Shown: piece by piece, positions 10,469-21,196 of the stretch
Numbering within the stretch: the first letter of the stretch is position 1
How the letters are laid out: each line of letters begins with the position of its first letter
Notes under the pieces: model-generated
What the model saw: only the letters and a program-made list of their open reading frames with translations
What the model was told of the DNA's origin: nothing
Database searches by the model: none
Position numbers and translations under genes: made by a program
NCBI GenBank assembly: GCA_028696715.1
Contig: JAQVGO010000003.1
Coordinates: 10,785 to 74,784 of the forward strand
DNA from: Bacteroidales bacterium
Lineage (GTDB): Bacteria > Bacteroidota > Bacteroidia > Bacteroidales > F082
DNA: 64,000 nucleotides
Direction of reading: 5' to 3'

Positions 10469-13273
10469 ATGAAAATATCTTTTACCCGCGTAATTCTTTT
10501 TTTTGTGCTGTTTTCGGTTCAGGCCTGCCTTCAGGCCAGCCTTCAGGCACAAACCGACAGTCATAAAATTGCAGACAGCCTCCGCAATCAGCTTGAATTA
10601 ACAGCCGGAATAGCCAAACTCGAAACTTACAAATCACTCATCAAAAGCCTTCGCAATATTGATCCTGCTTCCGGCATTGAATATGCACGGGCAGCCATGC
10701 CACTTGCTGATTCTCTGGGCACTAAAAAACTTAAAGCCGAAATACGAAACGAAGAAGCCGTTTGCTATCGTAAATTGCACATCTACGAAAAAGCATTTGC
10801 TTTGCACCTGGAATCGTTGCGTGATTTCAAGGAAATGAACGATAGCGCTGGAACAGCTTTTACACTGGCAAATATCGGCCAGGTTCATTTCTTTTATAAA
10901 GATTACGAGCAGGCCATTAAATACCATACTGATGCCCTGGTAATCAAAGAATTTTTAAACGATGAGCCACAAATAGCCTATTCGCAAAACGCATTGGGAA
11001 CCGTATTTTTAGAAATGGGTAATCTGGCTCGTGCCCTGGATTATTTTATTGCCGCACTCAATATCTACGACAAATATTACATGCCCGCCCAAACGGCTAA
11101 TACCAAAGCTAATCTGGCCAAAGTAATGTTTAAATTAGACAGGCATGAAGATGCTATGAGATACCTAAAAGAAGTGGAGGCTGTGTATTTGCAAGCTAAA
11201 GCTGATTTTGGGCTCAGTCAGGTATATAACCAGATGGCAGAATATCTTTATGAACAGGGTAAATATGAAGAAGCATTAAATTACCTCGGGAAAGCCAAAG
11301 AGTTGGCCGAAAAAACAAACGAAAAAAATATATTGTTATACAATTATATCTTACGACAGAAAATCGCAAGTGCTCAACAAGACTTTAAAACAGCCTATGA
11401 TAACTTACTATTGGCCAATAAATTAAAAGATACTCTGGTTAACGAACGCCGTCACCACGAGATGACTGAAATAAGAGTTCGGTATCAAACCAAACAGCTT
11501 GATGATGAAAATGAGATCTTGCGTTTGCAACTATCCCAGCAATCACTCAGAATACGTTATATCGTTTTTGCTTTACTTGCCACCATATTAGTATTGATCG
11601 TTTTTCTGCTAATCTCTATTGTCAGGCGAAACAGACGCAAAAGTCGGTTGCTCGAAATCACTAATCTCCAACTGGAAGAACGCGTGGAGGAGCGAACTCA
11701 GGAACTAAAAAAACAAATGGCCACCCTGGATCAGACCTTTCAATCCTTAAAACAAAGCGAAGAAAAGTTCAGAAAAATAAGCGAAACCTCTCCCCTCGGC
11801 ATAGCTGTTACCGATACACAGGGAAAAATAATTTTTGTAAATCAAAACCTGACCGAGATTCTTGGCCTTCCCAAGCAATCATTCATTGATGGGATGTGGT
11901 TCAGAAATATTTTGCTTGAAGACCGCAATAAAATGGATATCATCTGGCAAAATGCGCATAAAGACAAAGAAGGGGTATTTGAAGCCGAATTCAGAATTCG
12001 TCTCGACCAGCAAATCCGACACATCCACTATAAGGCCGCAACCATGTTTAATGCAGAAGAATTTGCAGGCATCGTAAGCGTTTTTGAAGATGTGACCCAG
12101 CGTAAAAACTTTGAAAACGAACTTGTGGAGGCAAAAAATAAAGCCGAAGATTCTGACCGTCTAAAATCTGCTTTTCTGGCCAATATGAGTCACGAAATCA
12201 GAACGCCGATGAATGCCATACTTGGGTTTTCTGATCTGCTTTCGACGGATGAATACAGCCCTGAAGAAAAAATGGAGTTCATCGAAATGATCAAGTCGAG
12301 CGGCAGGCTGCTCCTAAATCTGATCAACGACATCATCGATATTTCGAAAATTGAAGCTGGTGAATTAAAAATCCAACCCTCCGAATTCAGGCTGCTCGAT
12401 CTGATGGATGAAATGCTGCAAGGATTCCGCCAACAAATGGACAGAACCGGAAAATCACATGTAAAGCTTTTGCTCACACACCAAGAAGAACTTAATTCGG
12501 CTTTAATCACAACCGACAGATTACGTTTGCAACAAATCCTGACTAATCTTTTGAGTAATGCCATGAAATTTACACAGGTTGGCGAAATCGAATTCGGAGC
12601 CTTGTGTATCAATGGTTCTTATGAGTTTTTTGTCAGAGACACCGGCATTGGCATCCCCGAACAAAAGCTGGATGTAGTTTTTGAACGCTTCAGGCAAGCA
12701 GACGATTCGCATACGCGCATGTTTGGCGGCACTGGATTAGGACTTGCCATCACCAAGCATCTAGTTGAATTATTAAACGGCAAGATTTGGGTAGAATCAC
12801 AACAGGGTAAAGGAACAGCATTTTATTTTACACTGCCTGCCGGTTCCGAAAATCAAACATTTTTATTAGAGGACCAGGCACCCCACTATCCTAATTTACC
12901 TAGTTTTAAAGGGAAAACAATACTCGTTGCAGAGGATGTTGACACCAATTTCTTTCTGATCAAAACGATGCTTAAAAAACTCAATTTAAATGTTTTACAT
13001 GCATCAAACGGATTAATAGCCCTTGATCTGGCGGTTGAGCATCAGCCCGATTTAGTAATCATGGACATTCAAATGCCCGAAATGGATGGAATAGAAGCAT
13101 TCAAACAAATCAGGCACCAAAACCTTGCGATGCCCGTTATCGCCATAACCGCTTATGCCATGATGGGCGAAGAAAAACAATACCTCGAATTAGGTTTTGA
13201 TGCCTATCTAAGCAAGCCTTTAAGCATTGATAAGCTGGTGGAATTGCTTAGGATTTTTCTTCAACCAGATTAA
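10469..13273 (+). CDS. Hybrid sensor histidine kinase / response regulator with N-terminal TPR repeats
   Basis: 934 aa: signal peptide, TPR-like repeats, TM helix (IVFALLATILVLIVFLLISIV), coiled coil, PAS, HisKA (FLANMSHEIRTPMN), HATPase (GTGLGLAI), C-terminal receiver (IMDIQMPEMDG, YLSKP). Confidence 0.93.
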   Translation: MKISFTRVILFFVLFSVQACLQASLQAQTDSHKIADSLRNQLELTAGIAKLETYKSLIKSLRNIDPASGIEYARAAMPLADSLGTKKLKAEIRNEEAVCYRKLHIYEKAFALHLESLRDFKEMNDSAGTAFTLANIGQVHFFYKDYEQAIKYHTDALVIKEFLNDEPQIAYSQNALGTVFLEMGNLARALDYFIAALNIYDKYYMPAQTANTKANLAKVMFKLDRHEDAMRYLKEVEAVYLQAKADFGLSQVYNQMAEYLYEQGKYEEALNYLGKAKELAEKTNEKNILLYNYILRQKIASAQQDFKTAYDNLLLANKLKDTLVNERRHHEMTEIRVRYQTKQLDDENEILRLQLSQQSLRIRYIVFALLATILVLIVFLLISIVRRNRRKSRLLEITNLQLEERVEERTQELKKQMATLDQTFQSLKQSEEKFRKISETSPLGIAVTDTQGKIIFVNQNLTEILGLPKQSFIDGMWFRNILLEDRNKMDIIWQNAHKDKEGVFEAEFRIRLDQQIRHIHYKAATMFNAEEFAGIVSVFEDVTQRKNFENELVEAKNKAEDSDRLKSAFLANMSHEIRTPMNAILGFSDLLSTDEYSPEEKMEFIEMIKSSGRLLLNLINDIIDISKIEAGELKIQPSEFRLLDLMDEMLQGFRQQMDRTGKSHVKLLLTHQEELNSALITTDRLRLQQILTNLLSNAMKFTQVGEIEFGALCINGSYEFFVRDTGIGIPEQKLDVVFERFRQADDSHTRMFGGTGLGLAITKHLVELLNGKIWVESQQGKGTAFYFTLPAGSENQTFLLEDQAPHYPNLPSFKGKTILVAEDVDTNFFLIKTMLKKLNLNVLHASNGLIALDLAVEHQPDLVIMDIQMPEMDGIEAFKQIRHQNLAMPVIAITAYAMMGEEKQYLELGFDAYLSKPLSIDKLVELLRIFLQPD

Positions 13274-13339
13274 TCCATACACTAAACAGGCTGTTTCAAA
13301 AAAATATCCTTCGTATTTTAGCCACCAAAACCAGTTTGG

Positions 13340-15445
13340 ATGGAGCGCAATCTGCTCGATAATAAAATTGAATTTTTAAAAGGCGTTGGTCCAAAACGCG
13401 CTGAAATGCTGAATAAAGAGCTTGAAATCTTTACTTTCGGCGATCTGCTTTTTCATTTCCCTTTTCGCTATATTGATAAAAGCAAGGTTCACAAAGTAGC
13501 CGACATCAATAACGATCAGATATATTACCAACTTGTCGGACAGGTTTCTCAAATGCAGTTGCATGGCAAACAAAGAGTCACCAGAATTACTGCCCAATTT
13601 CACGATGAAAGTGGAAGCATCGAGCTGGTTTGGTTCAAAGGTTTAAAATGGATCAAAAGCCGTTTCGAACCCGGAAAACAATATGTCATCTTTGGAAAAG
13701 CATCAGTTTTTAATAATCGTTTCAATATTGTTCATCCGGATGTTGAAGATTACCTGCCCGATATCATACCCATAGGCGAAAGTCTGGAAGGCGTTTACAG
13801 CACTACCGAAAAGCTCAAAAATATAGGGCTGGGCAGCAAACAACTTGCAAAACTTGTTAAAAATCTTCTCGGACAAATAAATCAGGCCATTCCGGAGAAT
13901 CTTCCTCAAAACCTTCTTTTAACCTATAAACTGATGGACAGGAATATGGCCTTTACCCAAATCCATCTGCCTTCCCATCTTCAAAATCTTCAGGCTGCCA
14001 CCAGACGCCTGAAATTTGAAGAATACTTCTTCTTGCAGCTGAATATGCTACTCCGTAAACGCCAGCGTGAAGCGCAGATGAAAGGACTTATTTTCAGCAC
14101 GGTTGGCGAACTCTTCAACCTATTCTACGAGAATTATTTGCCATTTTCGCTTACCAAAGCACAGAAAAAAGTAATCCGTGAAATAAGACACGATCTGGGC
14201 TCTGGATTCCAAATGAATCGACTATTGCAAGGTGATGTTGGAAGCGGGAAAACCATTGTGGCACTGATGGTCATGCTTATTGCCCTGGACAATGGCTATC
14301 AGGCTGCCTTAATGGCTCCCACCGAAATTCTGGCCACACAACACTTTCAGTCTCTCAAAGAACTATTGGCTGATATGCCGGTAAAAATTGCCCTCCTAAC
14401 TGGTTCTACCAAAGCCCGCGACCGAAAACCAATCCACGAAGGACTTGAAGATGGAAGCCTGCAAATCATTATCGGCACACATGCTTTGATCGAAGAAAAA
14501 GTAAAGTTCAACAAGCTGGCACTCACCATAATAGACGAGCAACACCGTTTTGGTGTAGCCCAACGCGCACGATTCTGGGAAAAAACCGATCTTCCTCCAC
14601 ATATGTTGGTTATGACGGCTACCCCCATACCACGAACCCTTGCCATGACGCAATACGGCGATCTGGATATTTCAATCATCGATGAACTGCCTCCGGGACG
14701 CAAACCTGTCAAAACAATTCATCTCTATCAAAGTCAACGCTTGCGTTTGCTCAGCTTCATGAAAAAACAAATTGCCGAAGGCAGGCAAATCTACATCGTT
14801 TACCCTCTGATTAAAGAATCCGAAAAGCTGGATCTGATCCATTTGCAGGAAGGCTATGAAAGTCTGCTGCGCGATTTCCCTGAGCCAGAATACCGCATTT
14901 GCGTGGTTCACGGACAAATGAAAGCCGAAGACAAAGACTTTGAAATGCAGCGTTTCATCAAAAAGCAGGCACATATTATGGTCGCCACCACAGTGATCGA
15001 AGTAGGTGTTAATATTCCCAATGCCAGCGTGATGATCATCGAGCATGCCGATCGTTTTGGCTTGTCGCAGCTGCATCAGTTAAGAGGAAGGGTAGGGCGA
15101 GGTGCTGATCAATCGTATTGCATTTTAATGACCGATTTCAAACTCTCTGCCGATGGCAAAAAACGCATGGCTACCATGGTTCGCACCACCGATGGTTTCG
15201 AGATTGCTGCAGTTGACCTGGAACTCAGAGGACCTGGCGAAACACAAGGGACAAGACAATCAGGCCCTGTGGGACTAAAAATTGGTGATCTTGTAAAAGA
15301 CGAAAAACTGATAAAACACGTTAGAGCTATTGTGAATCAATTGCTTGATGATGATCCAAAACTGCTGAAAGAAGAAAATCAAATCACAAGGAACTATTTC
15401 CTTGCTCATTTTCGTCAATCATTCGACTGGGGTCAGATAGGTTAA
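13340..15445 (+). CDS. recG: ATP-dependent DNA helicase RecG
   Basis: 701 aa: wedge domain, Walker A GDVGSGKT, DEQH box (IIDEQHRFGV), QLHQLRGRVGRG. Confidence 0.96.
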   Translation: MERNLLDNKIEFLKGVGPKRAEMLNKELEIFTFGDLLFHFPFRYIDKSKVHKVADINNDQIYYQLVGQVSQMQLHGKQRVTRITAQFHDESGSIELVWFKGLKWIKSRFEPGKQYVIFGKASVFNNRFNIVHPDVEDYLPDIIPIGESLEGVYSTTEKLKNIGLGSKQLAKLVKNLLGQINQAIPENLPQNLLLTYKLMDRNMAFTQIHLPSHLQNLQAATRRLKFEEYFFLQLNMLLRKRQREAQMKGLIFSTVGELFNLFYENYLPFSLTKAQKKVIREIRHDLGSGFQMNRLLQGDVGSGKTIVALMVMLIALDNGYQAALMAPTEILATQHFQSLKELLADMPVKIALLTGSTKARDRKPIHEGLEDGSLQIIIGTHALIEEKVKFNKLALTIIDEQHRFGVAQRARFWEKTDLPPHMLVMTATPIPRTLAMTQYGDLDISIIDELPPGRKPVKTIHLYQSQRLRLLSFMKKQIAEGRQIYIVYPLIKESEKLDLIHLQEGYESLLRDFPEPEYRICVVHGQMKAEDKDFEMQRFIKKQAHIMVATTVIEVGVNIPNASVMIIEHADRFGLSQLHQLRGRVGRGADQSYCILMTDFKLSADGKKRMATMVRTTDGFEIAAVDLELRGPGETQGTRQSGPVGLKIGDLVKDEKLIKHVRAIVNQLLDDDPKLLKEENQITRNYFLAHFRQSFDWGQIG

Positions 15446-15601
15446 AAATTGCAAAGAATGAGTCGACTCCAAAAAGCTAAAAATCAGCAGTTTTAGAAAG
15501 TCCCCTTTGAAGGATTTAGGAGCAAATTGACTTTTCGGAGTGGACTCAAAGAATGCATGCTGTTGCATACTTAATAAACATGACAGATTGACATTAATTT
15601 G

Positions 15602-15609
15602 TACTTTTG
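15602..15609 (+). promoter_or_regulatory. Bacteroidota-type -7 box (TACTTTTG) for pheT
   Basis: Exact TAnnTTTG 74 nt upstream of the pheT ATG. TTG at 15583-15585 lies about 16 nt upstream. Confidence 0.45.
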
Positions 15610-15682
15610 CATCCAGGAAAAATCTGACAAACCGAATTGCATCGGACAGAGAATTTGTCCACATTAAAATTAGCTAAGATCC

Positions 15683-18154
15683 ATGAAGATATCTTATAAC
15701 TGGCTGAAACAGTATATCAATTGCAACTTACCTGCAGAAGAAGTGGCAGAGGTATTAACGGCTACCGGCCTTGAAGTAGAAGACATTATCCCTTTCGAAT
15801 CAGTAAAAGGAAGCCTGAAAGGCATAGTTACGGGGAAAGTTTTAAGCTGTGTGCAGCATCCAAATGCTGACAGGTTGAGCCTTACAACAGTGGATGTGGG
15901 TGGAGAAGAACCCCTTGCTATTGTTTGCGGTGCTCCTAATGTAGCAGCTGGTCAAAAAGTGCTGGTAGCCACAGTTGGCACTACGCTTTATAGCGGTGAT
16001 GCCGCTTTTGAAATCAAAAAAAGCAAGATCAGAGGCGAAGTGTCCGAAGGTATGATCTGTGCCGAAGATGAGCTGGGGCTTGGCGATTCGCATGATGGCA
16101 TTATGGTGCTGCCCGATGAAACCAAAATTGGAATCCCGGCTGCCAGTCTTTTTAATATTGAACAAGATGTTGTTTTTGAAATTGGATTAACACCAAACCG
16201 CTCCGATGCCATGTCGCATCTTGGCGTGGCAAGAGACCTGGCCGCTGCCTTAAATCATCGCAATGGCAGTCAGAAATACAAATTGCAAATGCCCGCTGTA
16301 GATGAGTTTTCAGTTGACAATCAAAACCTTGACATCAAAATTGAGGTTGAAAATACAACTGCCTGTCCACGCTATACCGGAAGTACAATCAGCGAATTAA
16401 AGGTTGGCCCTTCGCCCGAATGGATGCAAAACAGATTGAAAGCAATCGGTGTGAGACCAATTAACAATATCGTTGACATCACCAATTACGTGTTGTTTGA
16501 AACCGGTCAGCCGCTTCATGCTTTTGATGCCAAAGCCATTACGGGAAATAAAATCATAGTAAAAACGCTGGCTGCTGACACAGCTTTTGTTACCCTTGAC
16601 GAGCAGGAACGAAAATTAACGGCCAACGACCTGATGATATGCAATGCCGAAGCTCCGATGTGTATCGGTGGTGTTTTTGGTGGCTTGGATTCAGGCGTAA
16701 CAGCTGACACAAAAGCTATTTTTCTGGAAAGTGCCTGTTTCGATTCCCGTTATATTCGCAAAACTGCACGATATCACGGACTGCAAACCGATGCTTCTTT
16801 TCGTTTTGAGCGTGGAACCGATATCAATATCACAGCCTACGCATTGAAAAGAGCCCTGCTGCTAATGCAGGAAATAGCCAACGGAAAAATCAGTTCCGAA
16901 ATAAAAGATGTGCTGGCCAAAAATATTGAACCAGCCAAAGTAAAGCTCACTTTTGATTACCTGAACAAAGTGGCTGGTCAAACAATTGAGCCTGATATCG
17001 TACGTCCGATTTTGGAGGATCTCGGCATGAAAATTCTCAGCCAATCTCCTGAATTTATTGAGATGGAGATTCCGGGTTTTAAAATTGATGTGTATCGTCC
17101 GGCCGATGTGGTAGAAGAAATCTTACGCATTTATGGTTACAACAATATCCGCATTCCTGAAAAAGTAAATGCCGCTGTTCACGCTGGTGAGAAAAACAAA
17201 ACCGATCAGATTCAGCAACAAATTGCTGATATGCTGGCTTTTAATGGCTTTTACGAAGTGATGAACAACTCACTTACCAAATCTGCCTACACAATTAAGC
17301 ATCCGGATTTTGACCAAAACAAAAATGTTAAAATACTGAATCCGTTGAGCAACGAGCTGGATGTGATGCGGCAAACACTGGTTTTTGGCCTGCTCGAAAC
17401 CATTGCCTACAATACAAACCGCAAAAACCCAAATCTGAAATGCTTTGAGTTTGGCAATGTATATCAATATGATAATGAAAAAAAGAGCACACCCGAAAAA
17501 GCTTTGGCTCCCTATCAGGAATTTACACAGCTTGACCTGGCAATCACCGGACTTCGTGAAGATGAAAACTGGAATCATGCAGATCAGCCGACAGATTTTT
17601 ACGACCTGAAATATTATGCTGAAGGTGTTTTTACTAAATTGGGTTTTGATCTGAAGCAATTCAAGATTCAAACCATATCAAACGAGCTGTACGATTTTGC
17701 TTTGAGCTACGAATTGAACGGAAAAAGCCTGATGCAGATCGGACAACTGAGCACTAAAACCCTTAAACTGGCCGACATCGAAAAAGCCGTATTTCATGCC
17801 AGCATCCACTGGACTGCGCTGATGAAAATCAATCCAAAAAAGCAGACCAAACTTTTTACGGCCGTTCCAAAATTTCCGGCCGTACGCCGTGACCTGGCCA
17901 TGGTTTTTGATCAGAAGGTAAACTTCCAGGATCTTCGGGCTATTGCTTTTGAAGCAGAGAAGAAACTGTTAAAATCCGTTGGCATTTTTGATGTTTACGA
18001 AGGTGATAAAATCCCGAAAGGAAAAAAATCCTATGCACTATGCTTTGTTTTGCAGGATAATGAGAAAACGCTCACCGATAAACTCATCGAAAAAAGCATG
18101 AGCCGCATCAGGCAGGCATTAGAACAAAGCTTTGATGCCACTTTACGGGAGTAA
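15683..18154 (+). CDS. pheT: Phenylalanine--tRNA ligase beta subunit
   Basis: 823 aa. N-terminus MKISYNWLKQYI.., tRNA-binding domain (HPNADRL), B3/4 and B5 domains, C-terminal FDX-ACB domain. Confidence 0.96.
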   Translation: MKISYNWLKQYINCNLPAEEVAEVLTATGLEVEDIIPFESVKGSLKGIVTGKVLSCVQHPNADRLSLTTVDVGGEEPLAIVCGAPNVAAGQKVLVATVGTTLYSGDAAFEIKKSKIRGEVSEGMICAEDELGLGDSHDGIMVLPDETKIGIPAASLFNIEQDVVFEIGLTPNRSDAMSHLGVARDLAAALNHRNGSQKYKLQMPAVDEFSVDNQNLDIKIEVENTTACPRYTGSTISELKVGPSPEWMQNRLKAIGVRPINNIVDITNYVLFETGQPLHAFDAKAITGNKIIVKTLAADTAFVTLDEQERKLTANDLMICNAEAPMCIGGVFGGLDSGVTADTKAIFLESACFDSRYIRKTARYHGLQTDASFRFERGTDINITAYALKRALLLMQEIANGKISSEIKDVLAKNIEPAKVKLTFDYLNKVAGQTIEPDIVRPILEDLGMKILSQSPEFIEMEIPGFKIDVYRPADVVEEILRIYGYNNIRIPEKVNAAVHAGEKNKTDQIQQQIADMLAFNGFYEVMNNSLTKSAYTIKHPDFDQNKNVKILNPLSNELDVMRQTLVFGLLETIAYNTNRKNPNLKCFEFGNVYQYDNEKKSTPEKALAPYQEFTQLDLAITGLREDENWNHADQPTDFYDLKYYAEGVFTKLGFDLKQFKIQTISNELYDFALSYELNGKSLMQIGQLSTKTLKLADIEKAVFHASIHWTALMKINPKKQTKLFTAVPKFPAVRRDLAMVFDQKVNFQDLRAIAFEAEKKLLKSVGIFDVYEGDKIPKGKKSYALCFVLQDNEKTLTDKLIEKSMSRIRQALEQSFDATLRE

Positions 18155-18189
18155 AAGTTTTGATTATCTTTAGCAAACGATAAACTACT

Positions 18190-19419
18190 ATGGAACTACA
18201 GTCGATCAAACAACGGTTTGGAATTATCGGACACGATCCTTTTTTGGAACGTGCCATACATGTGGCTGTGCAGGTGGCACCCACCGACCTCACGGTTTTG
18301 ATTACCGGCGAAAGTGGAACCGGAAAAGAAGTATTCCCTAAAATCATTCATCAGGCAAGTGCCCGTAAGCATGGTTCTTATATTGCCGTTAACTGCGGGG
18401 CCATTCCCGAAGGGACAATAGATTCGGAGCTTTTTGGTCACGAAAAAGGATCCTTTACAGGTGCACACGAAGCCCGCAAAGGCTATTTTGAAGTGGTGGA
18501 TGGCGGCACAATTTTTCTGGACGAGGTAGCCGAGCTTCCACTCTCAACGCAGGTGCGCCTGCTGCGTGTGCTCGAAACAGGCGAATTCCTTAAGGTAGGT
18601 TCTTCCAAGGTGATCAAAACCGATGTGCGTGTGGTTGCTGCCACAAACGTTAACATTCCCGAAGCCATTGCTAAAGGTGAGTTTCGACAGGATTTGTTTT
18701 ACCGACTCAATACAGTTCCCATCATGATTCCTCCCCTGCGGGAAAGGAAAGAAGACATCCTGATGCTGTTTAAAAAATTTGCCAACGATTTTGCAGAAAA
18801 ATATCGTATGCCACCGCTTCAACTTACTGATGAAGCTGTGCAATTACTCGAAGCCTACCGCTGGCCAGGAAACATCCGACAACTAAAAAATGTGACAGAG
18901 CAAATTTCAATCATCGAAAAAGAAAAAAATATTAATGCTCAAATACTAAAAATGTATCTTCCGGCTGATAACAGCAATGCCTTACCCGTGCTCTACAATG
19001 GTCAGGAAGAAAAAGAAAAACTCTCGGAAAGAGACATCTTGTACAAGGTGCTTTTCGATATGAAAAAAGACATTCTTGATCTGCGCAAGACTATGGCCGA
19101 AATTATTGCAGCCAAAGGCGTAAAAGATGATTTTGAACACAGCAACAATCAATTAATCCGGCAATATACGGATGATCTGGACGAATTTGAAAATGAACAT
19201 TTACCTGAAATTCAGATCCAACAGCTGGATACAGACAGATCAAGCTTTCAGCCTTCCGAAGTTGTTGACGAAGACCTCTCACTCGAAAAAATAGAGATTG
19301 ACATGATTAAACGCGCCCTGGAAAAACATAAAGGCAAACGTAAAAGTGCTGCACAAGAACTGGGCATTAGTGAACGCACGCTATACAGAAAGATAAAAGA
19401 ATACAATATTAACCTTTGA
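18190..19419 (+). CDS. Sigma-54-dependent transcriptional activator (AAA+ core plus Fis-type HTH, no N-terminal sensory domain)
   Basis: The AAA+ core starts at about aa 11 (Walker A GESGTGKE). Sigma-54 contact loop GSFTGA at aa 87-92. C-terminal HTH AAQELGISERTLYRKIKEY. Confidence 0.9.
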   Translation: MELQSIKQRFGIIGHDPFLERAIHVAVQVAPTDLTVLITGESGTGKEVFPKIIHQASARKHGSYIAVNCGAIPEGTIDSELFGHEKGSFTGAHEARKGYFEVVDGGTIFLDEVAELPLSTQVRLLRVLETGEFLKVGSSKVIKTDVRVVAATNVNIPEAIAKGEFRQDLFYRLNTVPIMIPPLRERKEDILMLFKKFANDFAEKYRMPPLQLTDEAVQLLEAYRWPGNIRQLKNVTEQISIIEKEKNINAQILKMYLPADNSNALPVLYNGQEEKEKLSERDILYKVLFDMKKDILDLRKTMAEIIAAKGVKDDFEHSNNQLIRQYTDDLDEFENEHLPEIQIQQLDTDRSSFQPSEVVDEDLSLEKIEIDMIKRALEKHKGKRKSAAQELGISERTLYRKIKEYNINL

Positions 19420-19421
19420 AC

Positions 19422-19946
19422 ATGCAAAAAACTTGCCTCACAATCAAACTGCTGCTCATGGTGTTGCTTTTTGCCGGCCTCCCAATGCTGAACGGATGCG
19501 GGGTGTATTCTTTTACGGGAGCCTCCATTCCACCGGAAGCCAAAACGATATCGGTGCAGTATTTTCAGAATACTGCCATGCTGGTGGAGCCTCTGTTGAG
19601 TGATGAATTCACAAATGGCCTGCGCGACAGATTCATGAATCAAACCACACTAAATATGGTTAATCAGAATGGCGATCTGGCTTTCGAAGGTGAAATTACA
19701 GATTACCGCACTACTCCGGTGGCCATTCAAAGTGATCAAACAGCTGCCCTCAACCGGCTTACAATAACTGTTAATGTGCGTTTTACCAATAAATATGAAG
19801 AAAGTAGTAACTTTGAAACCAAGTTTACGCAACACAAAGATTATCCCAGCGAACAGGATTTAAACGCAGTGAAACAAGGACTGATTACCGAAATCGTTGA
19901 AATGCTTGTGGATGATATTTTCAACAAATCTGTTGTAAACTGGTAA
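19422..19946 (+). CDS. lptE: LptE-family LPS-assembly lipoprotein
   Basis: Lipoprotein signal with lipobox (LPMLNGC). The sequence [24 protein letters not shown] is typical of Bacteroidota LptE. ATG at 19422 is preferred to the TTG at 19416. Confidence 0.75.
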   Translation: MQKTCLTIKLLLMVLLFAGLPMLNGCGVYSFTGASIPPEAKTISVQYFQNTAMLVEPLLSDEFTNGLRDRFMNQTTLNMVNQNGDLAFEGEITDYRTTPVAIQSDQTAALNRLTITVNVRFTNKYEESSNFETKFTQHKDYPSEQDLNAVKQGLITEIVEMLVDDIFNKSVVNW

Positions 19947-19956
19947 ACAACACTTT

Positions 19957-20793
19957 ATGGATAAAGCAAGTTTTATAACGTACCTTAAAGAACCTGAAAA
20001 GCTCAGTAAGGAATCCATCACCGACCTGATGGATTTGGCTATGCAGTTTCCTTACAGTGGTATTGTTCAAAGTATGCTTGCCATTAATATGCATTTGATC
20101 AATCATATTGTTTACGACAGTCAGCTCAAATTGGCAGCAAGTCTTGTTCCTGACAGAAATATACTCAGGCTTCACATCAGTAAAATTGCACAATTAAGAG
20201 AATTGCCAGATCTTCCGGATGAATACAGCCACACAAAAAAAAGTCAGGAAAAAACAAATAAACAAGCTGATAAAAACAAGGCTCAAAATGATTTAGCTGA
20301 CAAATCTGAAATAAGTTCAAACAATTCCACTGAAGAACTTGGCAAGGAGCAAGAAGAAAAAGATCCCGCAAAATCTATAGTCGAAAACGAAGAAACATCC
20401 GCGAATAAATCAGACCAATCCCACAAAAAACAATCTCTCGAAGAACTAAAAAGAATTCTGGCTGAACGAATAAGAGCCATCGAACAGGAAAAAAAAGCCG
20501 AACAAAAGGCACAAAAACAAGGCATTCCACCAACAAAAAAAGCATTGATAGATAAATTTATCAGTGAGAATCCATCCATTTCAAGGCCAAAACCTGAGTT
20601 TTATAATCCACTTACTTTCGCACAAAACAGCGTGGTTGACCAGGAAAATATTGTTAGCGAAACCCTGGGCAAAATATACCTCAATCAGGGACATCGCGAT
20701 AAAGCCATTTCAATCTTTGAAAAATTAAGTTTGAAATATCCGGAAAAAAGTAGTTATTTTGCAGCCCTTATCGAAGAAGCCAAAAAGCAATAA
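19957..20793 (+). CDS. Hypothetical protein with a Lys/Glu-rich low-complexity centre and a C-terminal TPR-like motif
   Basis: 278-aa ORF in operon-like spacing between lptE and secG. The C-terminus ([43 protein letters not shown]) looks like a single TPR unit. Confidence 0.6.
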   Translation: MDKASFITYLKEPEKLSKESITDLMDLAMQFPYSGIVQSMLAINMHLINHIVYDSQLKLAASLVPDRNILRLHISKIAQLRELPDLPDEYSHTKKSQEKTNKQADKNKAQNDLADKSEISSNNSTEELGKEQEEKDPAKSIVENEETSANKSDQSHKKQSLEELKRILAERIRAIEQEKKAEQKAQKQGIPPTKKALIDKFISENPSISRPKPEFYNPLTFAQNSVVDQENIVSETLGKIYLNQGHRDKAISIFEKLSLKYPEKSSYFAALIEEAKKQ

Positions 20794-20810
20794 ACGTTAA
20801 ATAAAAGAAA

Positions 20811-21137
20811 ATGTACGTATTTATTTCAATTTTAATCCTGATTATCAGTGTTTTATTGGGTTTAATTGTATTAGTTCAAAATTCAAAAGGTGGTGGATTA
20901 GCCTCTAACTTTTCATCGTCAAATCAATTTATGGGTGTTAGACAAACCGCTGACTTTTTAGAAAAAGCCACCTGGTCGATGGCAGTAGCACTGTTGGTAT
21001 TAAGCCTGGTAGCTACTTTGGCTATTCCAAAATATAATGCCACAGATGGCCAGTTTGATACCGAATTGCTCGACCAAATAGAGCAAACCGCTCCTGTTGA
21101 TTTCCAGGCACCCCCTGCTCAGGATTTCGAAGAGTAA
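20811..21137 (+). CDS. secG: Preprotein translocase subunit SecG
   Basis: 108 aa, two TM helices, LVQNSKGGGLAS motif typical of SecG. Confidence 0.85.
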   Translation: MYVFISILILIISVLLGLIVLVQNSKGGGLASNFSSSNQFMGVRQTADFLEKATWSMAVALLVLSLVATLAIPKYNATDGQFDTELLDQIEQTAPVDFQAPPAQDFEE

Positions 21138-21161
21138 AATAACTCACAAGAAATTTAAAAA

Positions 21162-21196
21162 ATGTCAGAATGTCACTACATTCTGACATTTTTTTT
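21162..21196 (+). terminator. Intrinsic terminator after secG
   Basis: Perfect 12-bp stem atgtcagaatgt(21162-21173)/acattctgacat(21178-21189), 4-nt loop, T-run to 21196. Confidence 0.85.

Noticed and set aside
10527-10549. 12-nt tandem duplication ccttcaggcc-agc-cttcaggca, encoding CLQASLQAQ in the kinase signal peptide.
   Set aside because: This is a tiny in-frame duplication at the signal-peptide cleavage region, with no regulatory or repeat-array character.
15452-15555. Direct repeat caaagaatg (15452-15460 and 15547-15555) flanking the palindromes gagtcgactc and gagtggactc in the recG-pheT spacer. Considered as a structured RNA or T-box-like leader.
   Set aside because: The helices are short (5+5 bp with a central mismatch) and there are no T-box or other conserved motifs. 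The spacer is adequately explained as a recG 3' region plus the pheT promoter at 15602-15609.
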